DNA of 54,158 nt. It comes from an uncultured virus (IMG/VR IMGVR_UViG_3300026453_000533) (Duplodnaviria > Heunggongvirae > Uroviricota > Caudoviricetes). Below are positions 18,456-28,608 of this stretch, one piece after another. The notes under the pieces are model-generated. The model saw only the letters and a program-made list of their open reading frames with translations, did no database searches and was not told the DNA's origin. The stretch covers positions 62,001 through 116,158 of IMG/VR virus record IMGVR_UViG_3300026453_000533; one strand, written 5' to 3'. A program made the position numbers and the translations under genes. Position 1 is the stretch's first letter; each line of letters begins with the position of its first letter.

Positions 18456-19067
18456 ATGAGTTGTTATACTAGAGAACAGATCCAAACCGCTATGGAAAGT
18501 AAAGGATATAAGTACTTTACTGGAGGCGATTGGGACGTAAACATTATTGGAGTTAGAAATTCAAAAACTAAAGGCAGAGTAACTAATGCTTTTGATGATT
18601 GTATTACTATTTCTTACAAAGAGGATGGTGAATGGAAATTTCACTGCTATCAAGCTACCACAGATCCCGGTTCACATTGGGAGCAAAACTTAATGAATGA
18701 AAAAGGAGTAGCAATATTAAAACCTGGTCAATATAGAGGTTCTCATAAATTAAGATTACATGCTGGTAAATATTTAGCTTTAGGGCAAAAAGAATTAGTC
18801 AAAGTTTACAGAGATAATAATAGAGATGGAAAATATGATCTATTAGAAGAAAATGTAGATGAAGGATTATTTGGAATTAATATTCATAGAGCTACAGGAA
18901 GATCAGGCGGTAAATCAATAAGAGTAGACAAATGGTCTGCAGGTTGCCAAGTAATAGCAGACAATGATGATTGGCATCAATTTTTAGATATTTGTCAAAC
19001 AGCAAGAGAAGTTTGGGGTAACTCATTTACATACACTTTATTAGAAAGTGACGATATAGTTGCCTAA
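18456..19067 (+). CDS. putative endolysin (L,D-transpeptidase-like His/Cys fold)
   Basis: ATTDPG, LKPGQY, GINIHRA, WSAGCQV. Confidence 0.7.
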   Translation: MSCYTREQIQTAMESKGYKYFTGGDWDVNIIGVRNSKTKGRVTNAFDDCITISYKEDGEWKFHCYQATTDPGSHWEQNLMNEKGVAILKPGQYRGSHKLRLHAGKYLALGQKELVKVYRDNNRDGKYDLLEENVDEGLFGINIHRATGRSGGKSIRVDKWSAGCQVIADNDDWHQFLDICQTAREVWGNSFTYTLLESDDIVA

Positions 19068-19094
19068 GAACTTTTTTTTTCTTATATTAGTTAT

Positions 19095-19469
19095 ATGAAG
19101 ACGAAGCACTTACAAACGTACCTGTTTTGGGCTATTTTAGGACTTGGAGTAGGTTACGTTATTTTTGGAAAAGGAGATATATCTGTTGATATAGATTCCT
19201 ATAAAACAGAAATCAACCTTTTGCAACAGAAGATAGATTCTATCAGTAGTCAGAATAATACTTTAAAAGTAGAAGCTGATTCACTTAATACAAAACTATC
19301 TGAGTACGATGTTAAAATTGATAACTTAAATGCTAAAATTGACTACATACAATATGAGACTAAACAGAAAATTGATGCTGTTGATAGCTTTGGTGATGAT
19401 GAACTTGAGCGTTTTTTCGCAGAGCGATACCTCGAAATCAAAGGACAGCACAAAGATACAATTAACTAA
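19095..19469 (+). CDS. TM + coiled-coil protein (i-spanin-like)
   Basis: N-terminal TM, long heptad repeat, follows the lysin. Confidence 0.5.
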   Translation: MKTKHLQTYLFWAILGLGVGYVIFGKGDISVDIDSYKTEINLLQQKIDSISSQNNTLKVEADSLNTKLSEYDVKIDNLNAKIDYIQYETKQKIDAVDSFGDDELERFFAERYLEIKGQHKDTIN

Positions 19470-19782
19470 GCCTGTAGCGAGATTAGTAATAAAGGATTTA
19501 ATTAAAGGAGACGGACTTAGTACTGAACTTAAGACTGTACAGAATCTGTTATCGGAAACTAATAACAAACTAACTACTCAAACAACTTTAGTTACAAATT
19601 TAGAATTACAAATAGCTAACTACGATAGCTTATTAATACAAGAGAAATCTAAATTTAATAAACAAGAAGAACTTTCCTTAGAGTTAGAAACAGCACTTAG
19701 AAAGCAAAAAAATAAAACAAAGCTTTATAAAATAGGTACATATATAGGTGCAGCAGCAATAGGTATACTAATTATAAAGTAA
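19354..19782 (+). CDS. exported coiled-coil protein with C-terminal anchor (spanin partner candidate)
   Basis: MRLNRKLMLL... signal peptide; overlaps the upstream gene in another frame. Confidence 0.5.
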   Translation: MRLNRKLMLLIALVMMNLSVFSQSDTSKSKDSTKIQLTKPVARLVIKDLIKGDGLSTELKTVQNLLSETNNKLTTQTTLVTNLELQIANYDSLLIQEKSKFNKQEELSLELETALRKQKNKTKLYKIGTYIGAAAIGILIIK

Positions 19783-20927
19783 TGAAAAGTATTAAGAGGA
19801 ATATACTCCCAGCTTTAATAGCGATTTCTGCCCTGTCAGTATCTGCTTCGGCCGCTTTCTATTCTGTTAGCGGTCTTAGCAAACTTTTTGCTGGTGCTTC
19901 TTTTGAGGTTATAATTATGGCCGGATCATTAGAAGTAGCAAAGTTAGTTATAGCTTCACTCTTATACCGCTATTGGGATACCATAAATAAATACCTCAGA
20001 ACGTATCTTACAGTAGCTGCTGTAATATTAGTAATTATTACTAGTATGGGTATATACGGATTTTTAAGTGCTGCTTATCAAGATACTTATCGTCAACTAA
20101 CTATTAAGGAAAATGAAACTTCATTTTTAGAACAAAAGAAAAATTTCTATGAAAAAGATGTTCTTAGGTACGATCAAGAACTTGAAAGAATTTCTAATAA
20201 CATTAGCACTCTTTCCAATGCTAGGTCTCAACAAATCCAGATACGAGACACCTCGGTGGTTGGAGGCGTTAGAACCACAATATCGACTGCAGAGCTTAGA
20301 CTTGCACAAAATCGTATTGCATCTGAAGAAGAAAATAGGAAAGCTGTTCAAGCTAAAAGGACAGTAGCAGCAGATAGCTTACAGAAGTTTCAATTAAAGA
20401 TATTAGAATTAGATAATAATTTTGAAGTAGCAGGAGAATTAGGCCCACTTCAGTACCTTTCCGGACTTACAGGCTACCCTATGGATAAAATTATAAATGT
20501 TCTTTTACTTATAATAATATTCGTATTTGACCCTTTAGCTATATCTTTAGTCGTTGCAGCAAACTTTGCATTCGATCAGGCAAACAGAAAGAATCTTTAT
20601 AATGAATATGAAGATGATATTGAACCTGACCTTTGGGATGATGTTCCGTATGATGATAATAAGGTTGAACCTGATTCTCAATATACGATTAATGATATAG
20701 AAGTAGATGCTGAAATAGTAAAACCAAAACCGCTTGATTCATATAATGAAGACGATGAGAAGAGGATGGAAATCATTGGTCAAAACGGCAACGAAGGTGA
20801 ACACTACGATGGCGTAGTAAACCCAGTTCGTATATTACAAAAAGGACCAACAAATCATAGGGTGCTGTTTAGTGATGGTAGTACAAAAAAAGTTCCTAAA
20901 GATGATTTAACTATAAGGTACCTCTAG
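19782..20927 (+). CDS. multi-TM coiled-coil membrane protein
   Basis: SAAFYSVSGL...LEVAKL...FVFDPLAI. Confidence 0.75.
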   Translation: MKSIKRNILPALIAISALSVSASAAFYSVSGLSKLFAGASFEVIIMAGSLEVAKLVIASLLYRYWDTINKYLRTYLTVAAVILVIITSMGIYGFLSAAYQDTYRQLTIKENETSFLEQKKNFYEKDVLRYDQELERISNNISTLSNARSQQIQIRDTSVVGGVRTTISTAELRLAQNRIASEEENRKAVQAKRTVAADSLQKFQLKILELDNNFEVAGELGPLQYLSGLTGYPMDKIINVLLLIIIFVFDPLAISLVVAANFAFDQANRKNLYNEYEDDIEPDLWDDVPYDDNKVEPDSQYTINDIEVDAEIVKPKPLDSYNEDDEKRMEIIGQNGNEGEHYDGVVNPVRILQKGPTNHRVLFSDGSTKKVPKDDLTIRYL

Positions 20928-21014
20928 GATATAAATTTCATATAGTATCTGTTGGTTAATCAAATAATATTTCGTATCTTTATATAAATAATAAGTTATA
21001 ATAAAATTAGTCAT

Positions 21015-21263
21015 ATGAGTAAATTAGTTACTATGCTTCGCAAGACCGCTGAAGCAGATAAAGCAAAAGCTTTGCTTTCCTTAGATTTATTAAACAACAA
21101 AGCAGTAGGTATTGGAGATCATTCTACTTTAGATTTCTATAAAAATGCTGAAGAAGCTCTTGCTATGTTAGTAGACGCAGATGATAGATTAACAACAATA
21201 GAGAAATACTTCTCTACAAGTTATACAAAGGATCTAATCACTGAAAATACATCTACAACATGA
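21015..21263 (+). CDS. hypothetical phage protein
   Basis: VGIGDH motif; promoter at 20952. Confidence 0.7.
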   Translation: MSKLVTMLRKTAEADKAKALLSLDLLNNKAVGIGDHSTLDFYKNAEEALAMLVDADDRLTTIEKYFSTSYTKDLITENTSTT

Positions 21264-21631
21264 GCGACAGAGAAATAATGAATGCTAAGAATCCTCCATC
21301 AGCAAGAGAAATTTTAAAAGATGAGTATCCTACAATCTATAATGGTTATAGAGAAATTGTAGAAGAGCAATTTGAACTCTTTGCTAGGAAACATTTAGAT
21401 TACGGAATGCATAATGTAACAGCAGGAACTAATTTAGATACAGCTGATGAGGTAGAATTTGCCATGACCGGGCTTTGGTATAGAATATCAGATAAAATAA
21501 ATCGATGGAAGAATATGATTATATCTGGACGAAAAGCTCAAAATGAAACTATAATAGATACCTTTCAGGATATTACTAACTACGGAATTATTGCTCAGTT
21601 AGTTAAGAGAGGTATGTGGAAAAACGATTAG
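21260..21631 (+). CDS. DUF1599 / nucleotide modification-associated domain protein
   Basis: KHLDYG, RISDKINR, DTFQDITNYGII. Confidence 0.8.
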   Translation: MSDREIMNAKNPPSAREILKDEYPTIYNGYREIVEEQFELFARKHLDYGMHNVTAGTNLDTADEVEFAMTGLWYRISDKINRWKNMIISGRKAQNETIIDTFQDITNYGIIAQLVKRGMWKND

Positions 21632-22600
21632 ATGCCAGCAAAAAAGATTTACCCTGAAGGGGTTAAAAAGAAGGCTAACCCTTTAGTGAAAGAGGTTTGG
21701 GAAAGTAAATTGAAGCAATCACCAAGGAGTAATAAACATATTTCTTATTCTCAACTTTCTTCTTTTGCTAGCTGTCAAAAGCAATGGTATTTAACTTATG
21801 TTAAAAAGCTAGCACCCTACCAAGCTTCTATTCATGCAGTATTCGGTACTGCCTTTCATGAAACATTACAGACTTACTTAGAGGTTCTATATCATGATAA
21901 AGTAAAAACTGCTAACGAAATGGATTTAGATAAGTTACTTTATGATAATATGATAAAAGCTTATAAAGCTACAAGAGCACAGAATGGACACGAAAATTTC
22001 TCTACACCAGAAGAGTTAAATTTATTCTGGATTGACGGAAAACATATATTGAAATTTATAAAGAGTAAACGTAGAGCTTACTTCGGTACTAAAGGTGTTC
22101 ATTTAGCAGGAGTAGAGACGTTACTATACCAGGAGTTACGTCCTGGAGTTATGTTTAAAGGATTTGTTGACTTAATATTTTACGATGATAGGGTTGATAT
22201 GTGGAAAATTGTAGATATCAAAACTTCAACATCAGGATGGAATGCCTATGCAAAAAAAGACGATAAGAGAATTTCTCAAATTTTACTTTATAAAAAGTTT
22301 TTTAGTGAGCAATTTAATATTCCTATTGAAAAAATTGAGGTAGAATACTTTATAGTAAAAAGAAGAGTTCCTGTAGAAGCTGAATTTGCATCAATGCAGA
22401 GAAGAGTTCAAGAATTTAGACCAACAGCAGGAACTAGAAAGGTAAAACAAGCAGTAAATTTAATGGAGCATTTTGTAGAAAATGCAGTTGATACAAATGG
22501 AGAGTATATTGATAAAGAATATCCAACGACTCCTTCTAAAAGTTCCTGTATGTTCTGTGCTTTTAAAAAGATGAGAATATGCCCAGATGCTGTTTTGTGA
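21632..22600 (+). CDS. PD-(D/E)XK (Cas4/RecB-like) exonuclease
   Basis: ISYSQL...C, FGTAFHE, KGFVDL, IVDIKT, C..C......C. Confidence 0.88.
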   Translation: MPAKKIYPEGVKKKANPLVKEVWESKLKQSPRSNKHISYSQLSSFASCQKQWYLTYVKKLAPYQASIHAVFGTAFHETLQTYLEVLYHDKVKTANEMDLDKLLYDNMIKAYKATRAQNGHENFSTPEELNLFWIDGKHILKFIKSKRRAYFGTKGVHLAGVETLLYQELRPGVMFKGFVDLIFYDDRVDMWKIVDIKTSTSGWNAYAKKDDKRISQILLYKKFFSEQFNIPIEKIEVEYFIVKRRVPVEAEFASMQRRVQEFRPTAGTRKVKQAVNLMEHFVENAVDTNGEYIDKEYPTTPSKSSCMFCAFKKMRICPDAVL

Positions 22601-22648
22601 ACATAAGCTATTTATAATATATAAGTATATAAATATATAAATTAAGTT

Positions 22649-22849
22649 ATGAGAAAAAATGAAAAATTGACATCAGTCAAAATTACTCAACCCCTCTTTG
22701 ATGAGTTTAAAATGAGCTGCTTACGGCATAATTTTTCTTTCAAAAAGCTTGCCGATCGGGCAATTTTTCTTTATCTTACTGATAAAGACTTTAGAGAGCA
22801 AATACATAAACAAAATAATATTATAATAAAAAAAGTAGATGACAAATAA
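22649..22849 (+). CDS. small putative ribbon-helix-helix DNA-binding protein
   Basis: LTSVKI strand followed by two helices. Confidence 0.5.
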   Translation: MRKNEKLTSVKITQPLFDEFKMSCLRHNFSFKKLADRAIFLYLTDKDFREQIHKQNNIIIKKVDDK

Positions 22850-24278
22850 GTTAGGTTATATACCAAAAGAAGATCGTAAGAAAGTTCTTCTGTTATGTGA
22901 TGATATCAGAATGCATTCAGGAATCGCAACAATGGCACGAGAATTTGTTATTGGATCAGCTCACCATTTTAATTGGTTTCAATTAGCAGCAGCAGTTAAA
23001 CATGGAGACACAGGAAAAGTATTAAATATTTCTAGTGATGTTAATAAGCAAATCGGCATAGAAGATAGTGACGTTAGGCTAAGACCAAATAACGGTTATG
23101 GAGATGTTAAAACAGTTAGACAGATTATTAAAGATGAAAAGCCTGACGCTATTTTTATATTTACAGACCCTAGATACTGGACCTGGTTATTCGAAATAGA
23201 AAGAGAAATCAGAAGCCAAATACCAATCGTTTGGTTAAACATTTGGGATGATTATCCAGCTCCTATGTACAACAAACAGTACTACAATTCAGTAGATGCA
23301 CTATTAGCAATTTCAAAACAAACAAAAGTTATTAATGAAATTGTACTTCAAGACGATTATAAAGATAAACTTTCTGCTTACGTTCCTCATGGAATTAATA
23401 CTGATCAATTTAAACCTTTAGACAAAAATAGTAAAGACTATATAAAATTTAAGGAAGAGGTACTGATGGGTCAAGATTATGAATATGTAGTGTTCTTTAA
23501 TTCTAGAAATATACAAAGAAAGAGACCAGGAGATGTAATCTTATCGTATAGAATGTTCTGTGATAAAATTGGTAAAGAAGCAGCTTCTAAATGTGTGCTG
23601 GTTATGCACACTGCAGTAGCAGATCAACACGGAACGGACTTAAGAGCAGTAAAAGAAGCATTATGTGATCCCTCTTATGTTAATGTTCTGTTCTCAACTA
23701 CAAAGCTTACACCTGCACAGATGAACGGGCTATATAACTTAGCAGACGTTACTATGTTAATCTCATCTAACGAAGGATGGGGGTTATCTTTAACTGAATC
23801 TTTAGTAACAGGTACAATGATAATAGGGGCAGTAACCGGAGGAATGCAAGATCAAATGAGATTTGAAGATGAGAACGGCGATTGGCTAGATTTATCACCT
23901 GATTTTCCATCAAACCATAGAGGTACCTATAAAAAATGTGGGGACTGGGCTATGCCGGTATTCCCAAGCAATATATCTTTAGCAGGTTCAGTACCTACTC
24001 CTTACATATTTGACGATAGAGTATCACCGGAAGACGTAGCAGATGCTCTAGTTAAGGTATATGAAATACCTAGAGAGGAAAGAATTGCTAGAGGAGAAAA
24101 AGGAAGAGTATGGGCTACATCTAAGGAAGCAAGCTTTACAGGTGAACATATGAGTAACTCTATTATTAAATACGTAGATGAAACTATAGATACATTCACT
24201 CCTAGACCAGCTTTTGAGTTTATTCATATAGATGAAAGACCAAGTAAATATATTGAACATAAATTAACAGGATATTAA
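22839..24278 (+). CDS. glycosyltransferase, GT-B (GT4-like)
   Basis: VPHGIN, RNIQRKR, EGWGLSLTES. Confidence 0.9.
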   Translation: MTNKLGYIPKEDRKKVLLLCDDIRMHSGIATMAREFVIGSAHHFNWFQLAAAVKHGDTGKVLNISSDVNKQIGIEDSDVRLRPNNGYGDVKTVRQIIKDEKPDAIFIFTDPRYWTWLFEIEREIRSQIPIVWLNIWDDYPAPMYNKQYYNSVDALLAISKQTKVINEIVLQDDYKDKLSAYVPHGINTDQFKPLDKNSKDYIKFKEEVLMGQDYEYVVFFNSRNIQRKRPGDVILSYRMFCDKIGKEAASKCVLVMHTAVADQHGTDLRAVKEALCDPSYVNVLFSTTKLTPAQMNGLYNLADVTMLISSNEGWGLSLTESLVTGTMIIGAVTGGMQDQMRFEDENGDWLDLSPDFPSNHRGTYKKCGDWAMPVFPSNISLAGSVPTPYIFDDRVSPEDVADALVKVYEIPREERIARGEKGRVWATSKEASFTGEHMSNSIIKYVDETIDTFTPRPAFEFIHIDERPSKYIEHKLTGY

Positions 24279-24279
24279 G

Positions 24280-25572
24280 ATGAGTAAATTAAATTGTGTA
24301 GTTAGTTGCCCAGCAGATACCTACTCAGGTTATGGAGCAAGAAGTAGAGACTTCGTCAAAGCACTAATAGAGTCTAAACCAGAATGGGACGTAAAAATAT
24401 TATCTCAACGCTGGGGTAATACCAGATTTGGATATCTTCAAGACCACAAGGAAGATGACTTGTATAGTAGAATTATACCAGGTTTAAATGCTAAGCCAGA
24501 TGTATGGATACAAATTACTATACCGAATGAATTTCAACCGGTAGGTAACTTTAATATAGGAGTTACTGCAACAGTAGAAACTAACCTAATGCATCACACA
24601 TGGGTAGAGGGAGTAAATAGAATGAATTTGATTCTTACTTCATCTCAACACTCTAAGGATGTAATTTTAAATTCATCTTTTGAAGGTAGAGATAAGAATA
24701 CTAACCAAGTAGTTAAGGTCGTAAAGGCTGAAACTCCTATAGAAGTCCTCTTCGAAGGAGTAGATATAGAACAATACAGTACTAAATCTGTAACTAAGAC
24801 TGAACTTAGTGAACAACTAGCAGAAATCAAAGAGAGTTTCTGTTACCTATTCGTAGGGCATTGGATGCAAGGTGACTTTGGGCACGATAGAAAAAATGTA
24901 GCCTATACTATTAAATCTTTCTTAGAGCATTTTAAAAATAAACAAAACCCTCCTGCACTAATTTTAAAATGCCATACGTCTACTACCTCAATAATGGATA
25001 GAGAAAGAGTACTGGATAGAATAGATAAAATTAGAAAAACTGTAAAAGGTAGGTTACCTAATATATACTTGATACACGGTGAAATATCTGATGATCAAAT
25101 GAATGAATTGTATAACCATTCTAAAGTAAAGGTAATGGTTAGCCATACCAAAGGAGAAGGATTTGGCAGACCTCTTCTTGAATTTACTACAACAGGTAAA
25201 CCAATTATAGCATCCGGATGGTCAGGACATACAGACTTTTTAAAACCTGAACTTACTACATTAGTTGGCGGTAGCTTAGATAAGGTACACCCATCAGCAG
25301 CAGTAGAGAAGATAATATTACCTGAGTCAAGTTGGTTTACTCCTAACGATTTAGAAGTTAGTAGAGCATATAAAGAAACTTTTAAAAAGTATAAGATTAA
25401 ACTTCAAAATAGTAAAAAACTGAGACGAAATACTCTAGACAATTTTACCTATACCCACATGGTAAAAGAGCTTCAAAGACTTTTAGAGGGACATTCAATT
25501 AAGGCTCCTGAAAGAATAGAGTTAACATTACCTAAATTAGAATTACCTAAATTACAAAAGATAGATGGATAA
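24280..25572 (+). CDS. glycosyltransferase, GT-B (GT4-like)
   Basis: SGYG, DRKN, GEGFGRPLLEF. Confidence 0.9.
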   Translation: MSKLNCVVSCPADTYSGYGARSRDFVKALIESKPEWDVKILSQRWGNTRFGYLQDHKEDDLYSRIIPGLNAKPDVWIQITIPNEFQPVGNFNIGVTATVETNLMHHTWVEGVNRMNLILTSSQHSKDVILNSSFEGRDKNTNQVVKVVKAETPIEVLFEGVDIEQYSTKSVTKTELSEQLAEIKESFCYLFVGHWMQGDFGHDRKNVAYTIKSFLEHFKNKQNPPALILKCHTSTTSIMDRERVLDRIDKIRKTVKGRLPNIYLIHGEISDDQMNELYNHSKVKVMVSHTKGEGFGRPLLEFTTTGKPIIASGWSGHTDFLKPELTTLVGGSLDKVHPSAAVEKIILPESSWFTPNDLEVSRAYKETFKKYKIKLQNSKKLRRNTLDNFTYTHMVKELQRLLEGHSIKAPERIELTLPKLELPKLQKIDG

Positions 25573-26035
25573 AGATCAATTAGTAGAAGGACCATTCGGA
25601 AGTAATGCATGTTACCAACGAACTATTGTAGACGGAAACACAAATGATACGATAACAACATGGCTTTGCTTTGGCAGTGGATTTACAACCTCTACTGTAA
25701 TGACAAAAGGAAGTGCAGCAGTTAATAATGCGATAGAATCTTCTCCGGAATTATACAGAGACCTAATGCATGAAGATAAAAACGGTAGAGTATGGCTTCC
25801 AGCAACAATAACATTACCTACAAAAGGAATGGTATTTATAGACGGTACGGATAAAGACAACTGGAGTTGGACAGCAGTTGATTCTGTTAATATAACCGAA
25901 GAAGATAGAAAAACTTCTAACTTTCCAGCTGATCAAACTATTCGAATGGATATGAAAAATAAAAGAATTTATAATAAAGATGATTTTATGGACGCTTTAG
26001 AATCGATTGGATTTTTTAGCCTACCACAAGAATAA
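25565..26035 (+). CDS. hypothetical protein
   Basis: 156 aa ORF in the operon. Confidence 0.7.
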   Translation: MDKDQLVEGPFGSNACYQRTIVDGNTNDTITTWLCFGSGFTTSTVMTKGSAAVNNAIESSPELYRDLMHEDKNGRVWLPATITLPTKGMVFIDGTDKDNWSWTAVDSVNITEEDRKTSNFPADQTIRMDMKNKRIYNKDDFMDALESIGFFSLPQE

Positions 26036-26040
26036 AAAAC

Positions 26041-26886
26041 ATGAAAATATTAGTTACAGGCGGAGCAGGATTTATTGGGAGTAATTTAATTAAGAAACTT
26101 CTAGAAGAAGGGCATGATGTAGACTCGTTAGATGATTACTCTACAGGTAACATAGAAAATGAACATCGTGAATGTAACTATATTATTGGAGATATCGAAA
26201 CTGCTAATAGGTTAGGTAAGTACGATAAAATATTTCATCTAGCCGCTCTTTCTAGAATACAACCTTCTTTTAATAATCCAAATGAAACATATAGAGTAAA
26301 TACTTTAGGTACTCAACAGGTTTTAGAACTAGCAAGAAGGACTAATGCAAAGGTAGTATATGCTGGATCTTCTTCTAAATGGCATGATCCATATCAATCA
26401 CCTTATGCTAGCTGTAAGTACATGGGAGAAGAGGTATGTAAAATGTATAAGAAAACATACGGGATGGATATCGAAATTGCCAGATTCTATAACGTTTACG
26501 GTCCAAATGAAATCGTGGATGGAGATTGGGCTGCAGTAATAGGTATATGGAGAAGACAGGTTAGAGAAGGAGAAAAGATTACTATAGTAGGTGATGGTGA
26601 ACAAAGAAGAGATTTCACTCACGTAGATAATATTGTAGAAGCTTTATACCGTATAGGTTTTAAAAACGAAGTTCATGAAGACGCTTGGGAGTTAGGAACA
26701 GGTCTAAATTACTCTATTAATGAAGTTTATGAAATGTTTAAAGAAAGATATCCAGACATTAAATCAAAGTTTATACCTGATCAATCCGGTAATTATAGAA
26801 TTACATTAAGGGAAAACAACGACGCATTAGATCGTTTAGGATGGTTTCCTAAAGATAGGTTAAGAGAATATATTTTAAGTCTATGA
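26041..26886 (+). CDS. NAD-dependent nucleotide-sugar epimerase/dehydratase
   Basis: VTGGAGFIGS, YASCK, RFYNVYGP, GDGEQRRDF. Confidence 0.93.
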   Translation: MKILVTGGAGFIGSNLIKKLLEEGHDVDSLDDYSTGNIENEHRECNYIIGDIETANRLGKYDKIFHLAALSRIQPSFNNPNETYRVNTLGTQQVLELARRTNAKVVYAGSSSKWHDPYQSPYASCKYMGEEVCKMYKKTYGMDIEIARFYNVYGPNEIVDGDWAAVIGIWRRQVREGEKITIVGDGEQRRDFTHVDNIVEALYRIGFKNEVHEDAWELGTGLNYSINEVYEMFKERYPDIKSKFIPDQSGNYRITLRENNDALDRLGWFPKDRLREYILSL

Positions 26887-27506
26887 AAATTAGTTACGCA
26901 ATAACAGTTTGTAACGAGATAGTAGAAATTCAACGTCTAGTATCTTTTTTATTAGAATATAAACGTTTCGAGGACGAGATTGTTATATTATATGACAGTA
27001 AAGGAGGTACTAAACCAGTAGAAGAATATTTACGCTCTCATTCAGTAAATGGAGAATTTAGATGGCATAGTGGAGAGTTTGAAGGGCATTTTGCTAACTG
27101 GAAAAATAAACTTACCTCTTACTGTACAGGTGATTATATCTTCCAGATAGATGCAGATGAAATACCTAATGAGGTTCTACTCTCTAACCTCCCAGGAATA
27201 ATAGAAATGAATCCAACTAACCATGTCTTTTTAGTCCCTAGGATTAATACAGTTGAAGGACTTACACAAGAACATATTACTAAATGGAGATGGAATATTG
27301 ATGATGAAGGAAGAGTCAACTGGCCTGATTACCAATGGAGGATATGGAGAAATGTTCCTCCAATCAAATGGGTTAATAAGGTACATGAAAGATTAGAAGG
27401 TTTTAAAACATATGCCCCACTTCCTGCTTCCCACGATTTAGCTTTAGTTCATCCTAAAACAATAGAGAGACAAGAAAAACAAAATGCTTATTACGATACA
27501 TTATGA
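26883..27506 (+). CDS. glycosyltransferase family 2
   Basis: ISYAITVCNE, IDADE, VHE. Confidence 0.88.
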   Translation: MKISYAITVCNEIVEIQRLVSFLLEYKRFEDEIVILYDSKGGTKPVEEYLRSHSVNGEFRWHSGEFEGHFANWKNKLTSYCTGDYIFQIDADEIPNEVLLSNLPGIIEMNPTNHVFLVPRINTVEGLTQEHITKWRWNIDDEGRVNWPDYQWRIWRNVPPIKWVNKVHERLEGFKTYAPLPASHDLALVHPKTIERQEKQNAYYDTL

Positions 27507-27661
27507 TAAAAATAGATGTTAAAGTTGGCGATACTATAATGGTAGGTCGATTTAAAAATAAAAGAACTAAAGTAAAAACTATAGAGTACGATGAGTTCGG
27601 AATGCCTATAATTAATGGAAGACCAGGTTGTACATTCAGGTTGGTACCAAATCCTAGATAA
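27503..27661 (+). CDS. 52-aa hypothetical protein
   Basis: MIKIDVKVGDTIMVGRFKNK... translated by hand; ATGA overlap with upstream stop. Confidence 0.6.
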   Translation: MIKIDVKVGDTIMVGRFKNKRTKVKTIEYDEFGMPIINGRPGCTFRLVPNPR

Positions 27662-27675
27662 ACCTATTTATTATT

Positions 27676-28269
27676 ATGAGGTACTTAGAAGCAATTAAAT
27701 TAGCAGACAATGTAAAAGGTTCATTTATTGAATTAGGATTCGGAAAAGGTAAGCACTTAACTGAATTTATTTCTTTTATGAATAATAACGATACATGCAA
27801 AAGGAATATTCGATTATATGATTCATTCGAAGGATATAATGAACCCAGTAAAGAAGACGAAAATGCATTCGTCAAAGGAGGTCACAAAAGACCTATTCAG
27901 CCCGCAATGGATATCAGGCACACTATAAAGAAAGAAGTTAAGTTAGTGAAAGGATATGTAGAAGATACTCTAGCTAAGCCTTATGCTTCTAAAGAAAAAA
28001 TTGCAGTAATACATACAGATTTAGTTAGCTATTCAAGCACGCTATTTAGTTTGAATACTCTTCATAATAAACTAAATATAGGAGGAGTAATAATAGCTAC
28101 AGGATACTCAGAATTCCCTGGTGTGAAACTAGCAATTGATAAATTTTTAGACACCTATAAAAAAGAATACGTACTTAAGTATAATAAAAATATAGGAGTA
28201 CTAGTGAAGCGTCAATACTTAGAAATAAACACAGAAGTAAAAAAAGATCATCAACAGATAAGTTGGTAG
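27676..28269 (+). CDS. TylF/MycF-like sugar O-methyltransferase
   Basis: G.FIELG..G, YDSFEG, VKGYVEDT, IHTD...Y, PGVKLAID. Confidence 0.8.
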   Translation: MRYLEAIKLADNVKGSFIELGFGKGKHLTEFISFMNNNDTCKRNIRLYDSFEGYNEPSKEDENAFVKGGHKRPIQPAMDIRHTIKKEVKLVKGYVEDTLAKPYASKEKIAVIHTDLVSYSSTLFSLNTLHNKLNIGGVIIATGYSEFPGVKLAIDKFLDTYKKEYVLKYNKNIGVLVKRQYLEINTEVKKDHQQISW

Positions 28270-28296
28270 TTAAAATAGTTTTTCTTATATTATAAT

Positions 28297-28608
28297 ATGG
28301 TTATATACGTTGATATTGATGATACGATTGCTGATTATCATATAGATGATAGTAAAACAAACTACTATAGAGCTCGTCCTATTAAAATTAATATTGAGAA
28401 GATAAATAAACTCTACGATGAAGGTAATACTATTGTGTACTATACTGCTAGAGCATCTATCAATAAGACTAGAAGGGAAGAGTTTACAGAGCTAACTAAA
28501 CGACAATTAGAACAATGGGGCGCTAAACACCATAAATTAAGCGTAGGTGATAAGCCTGCGTATGATTTACTCATATGTGATAAAACAAAAAGAATAGAAG
28601 AGTTATGA
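28297..28608 (+). CDS. minimal HAD-family phosphatase (capsule-biosynthesis type)
   Basis: DIDDT, YTAR, KP.YD..ICDK. Confidence 0.8.
   Translation: MVIYVDIDDTIADYHIDDSKTNYYRARPIKINIEKINKLYDEGNTIVYYTARASINKTRREEFTELTKRQLEQWGAKHHKLSVGDKPAYDLLICDKTKRIEEL

Noticed and set aside
21632..22600. Cas4-like nuclease as evidence of CRISPR-Cas
   Set aside because: Stand-alone PD-(D/E)XK nucleases are common in phages; no cas1/cas2 or array present
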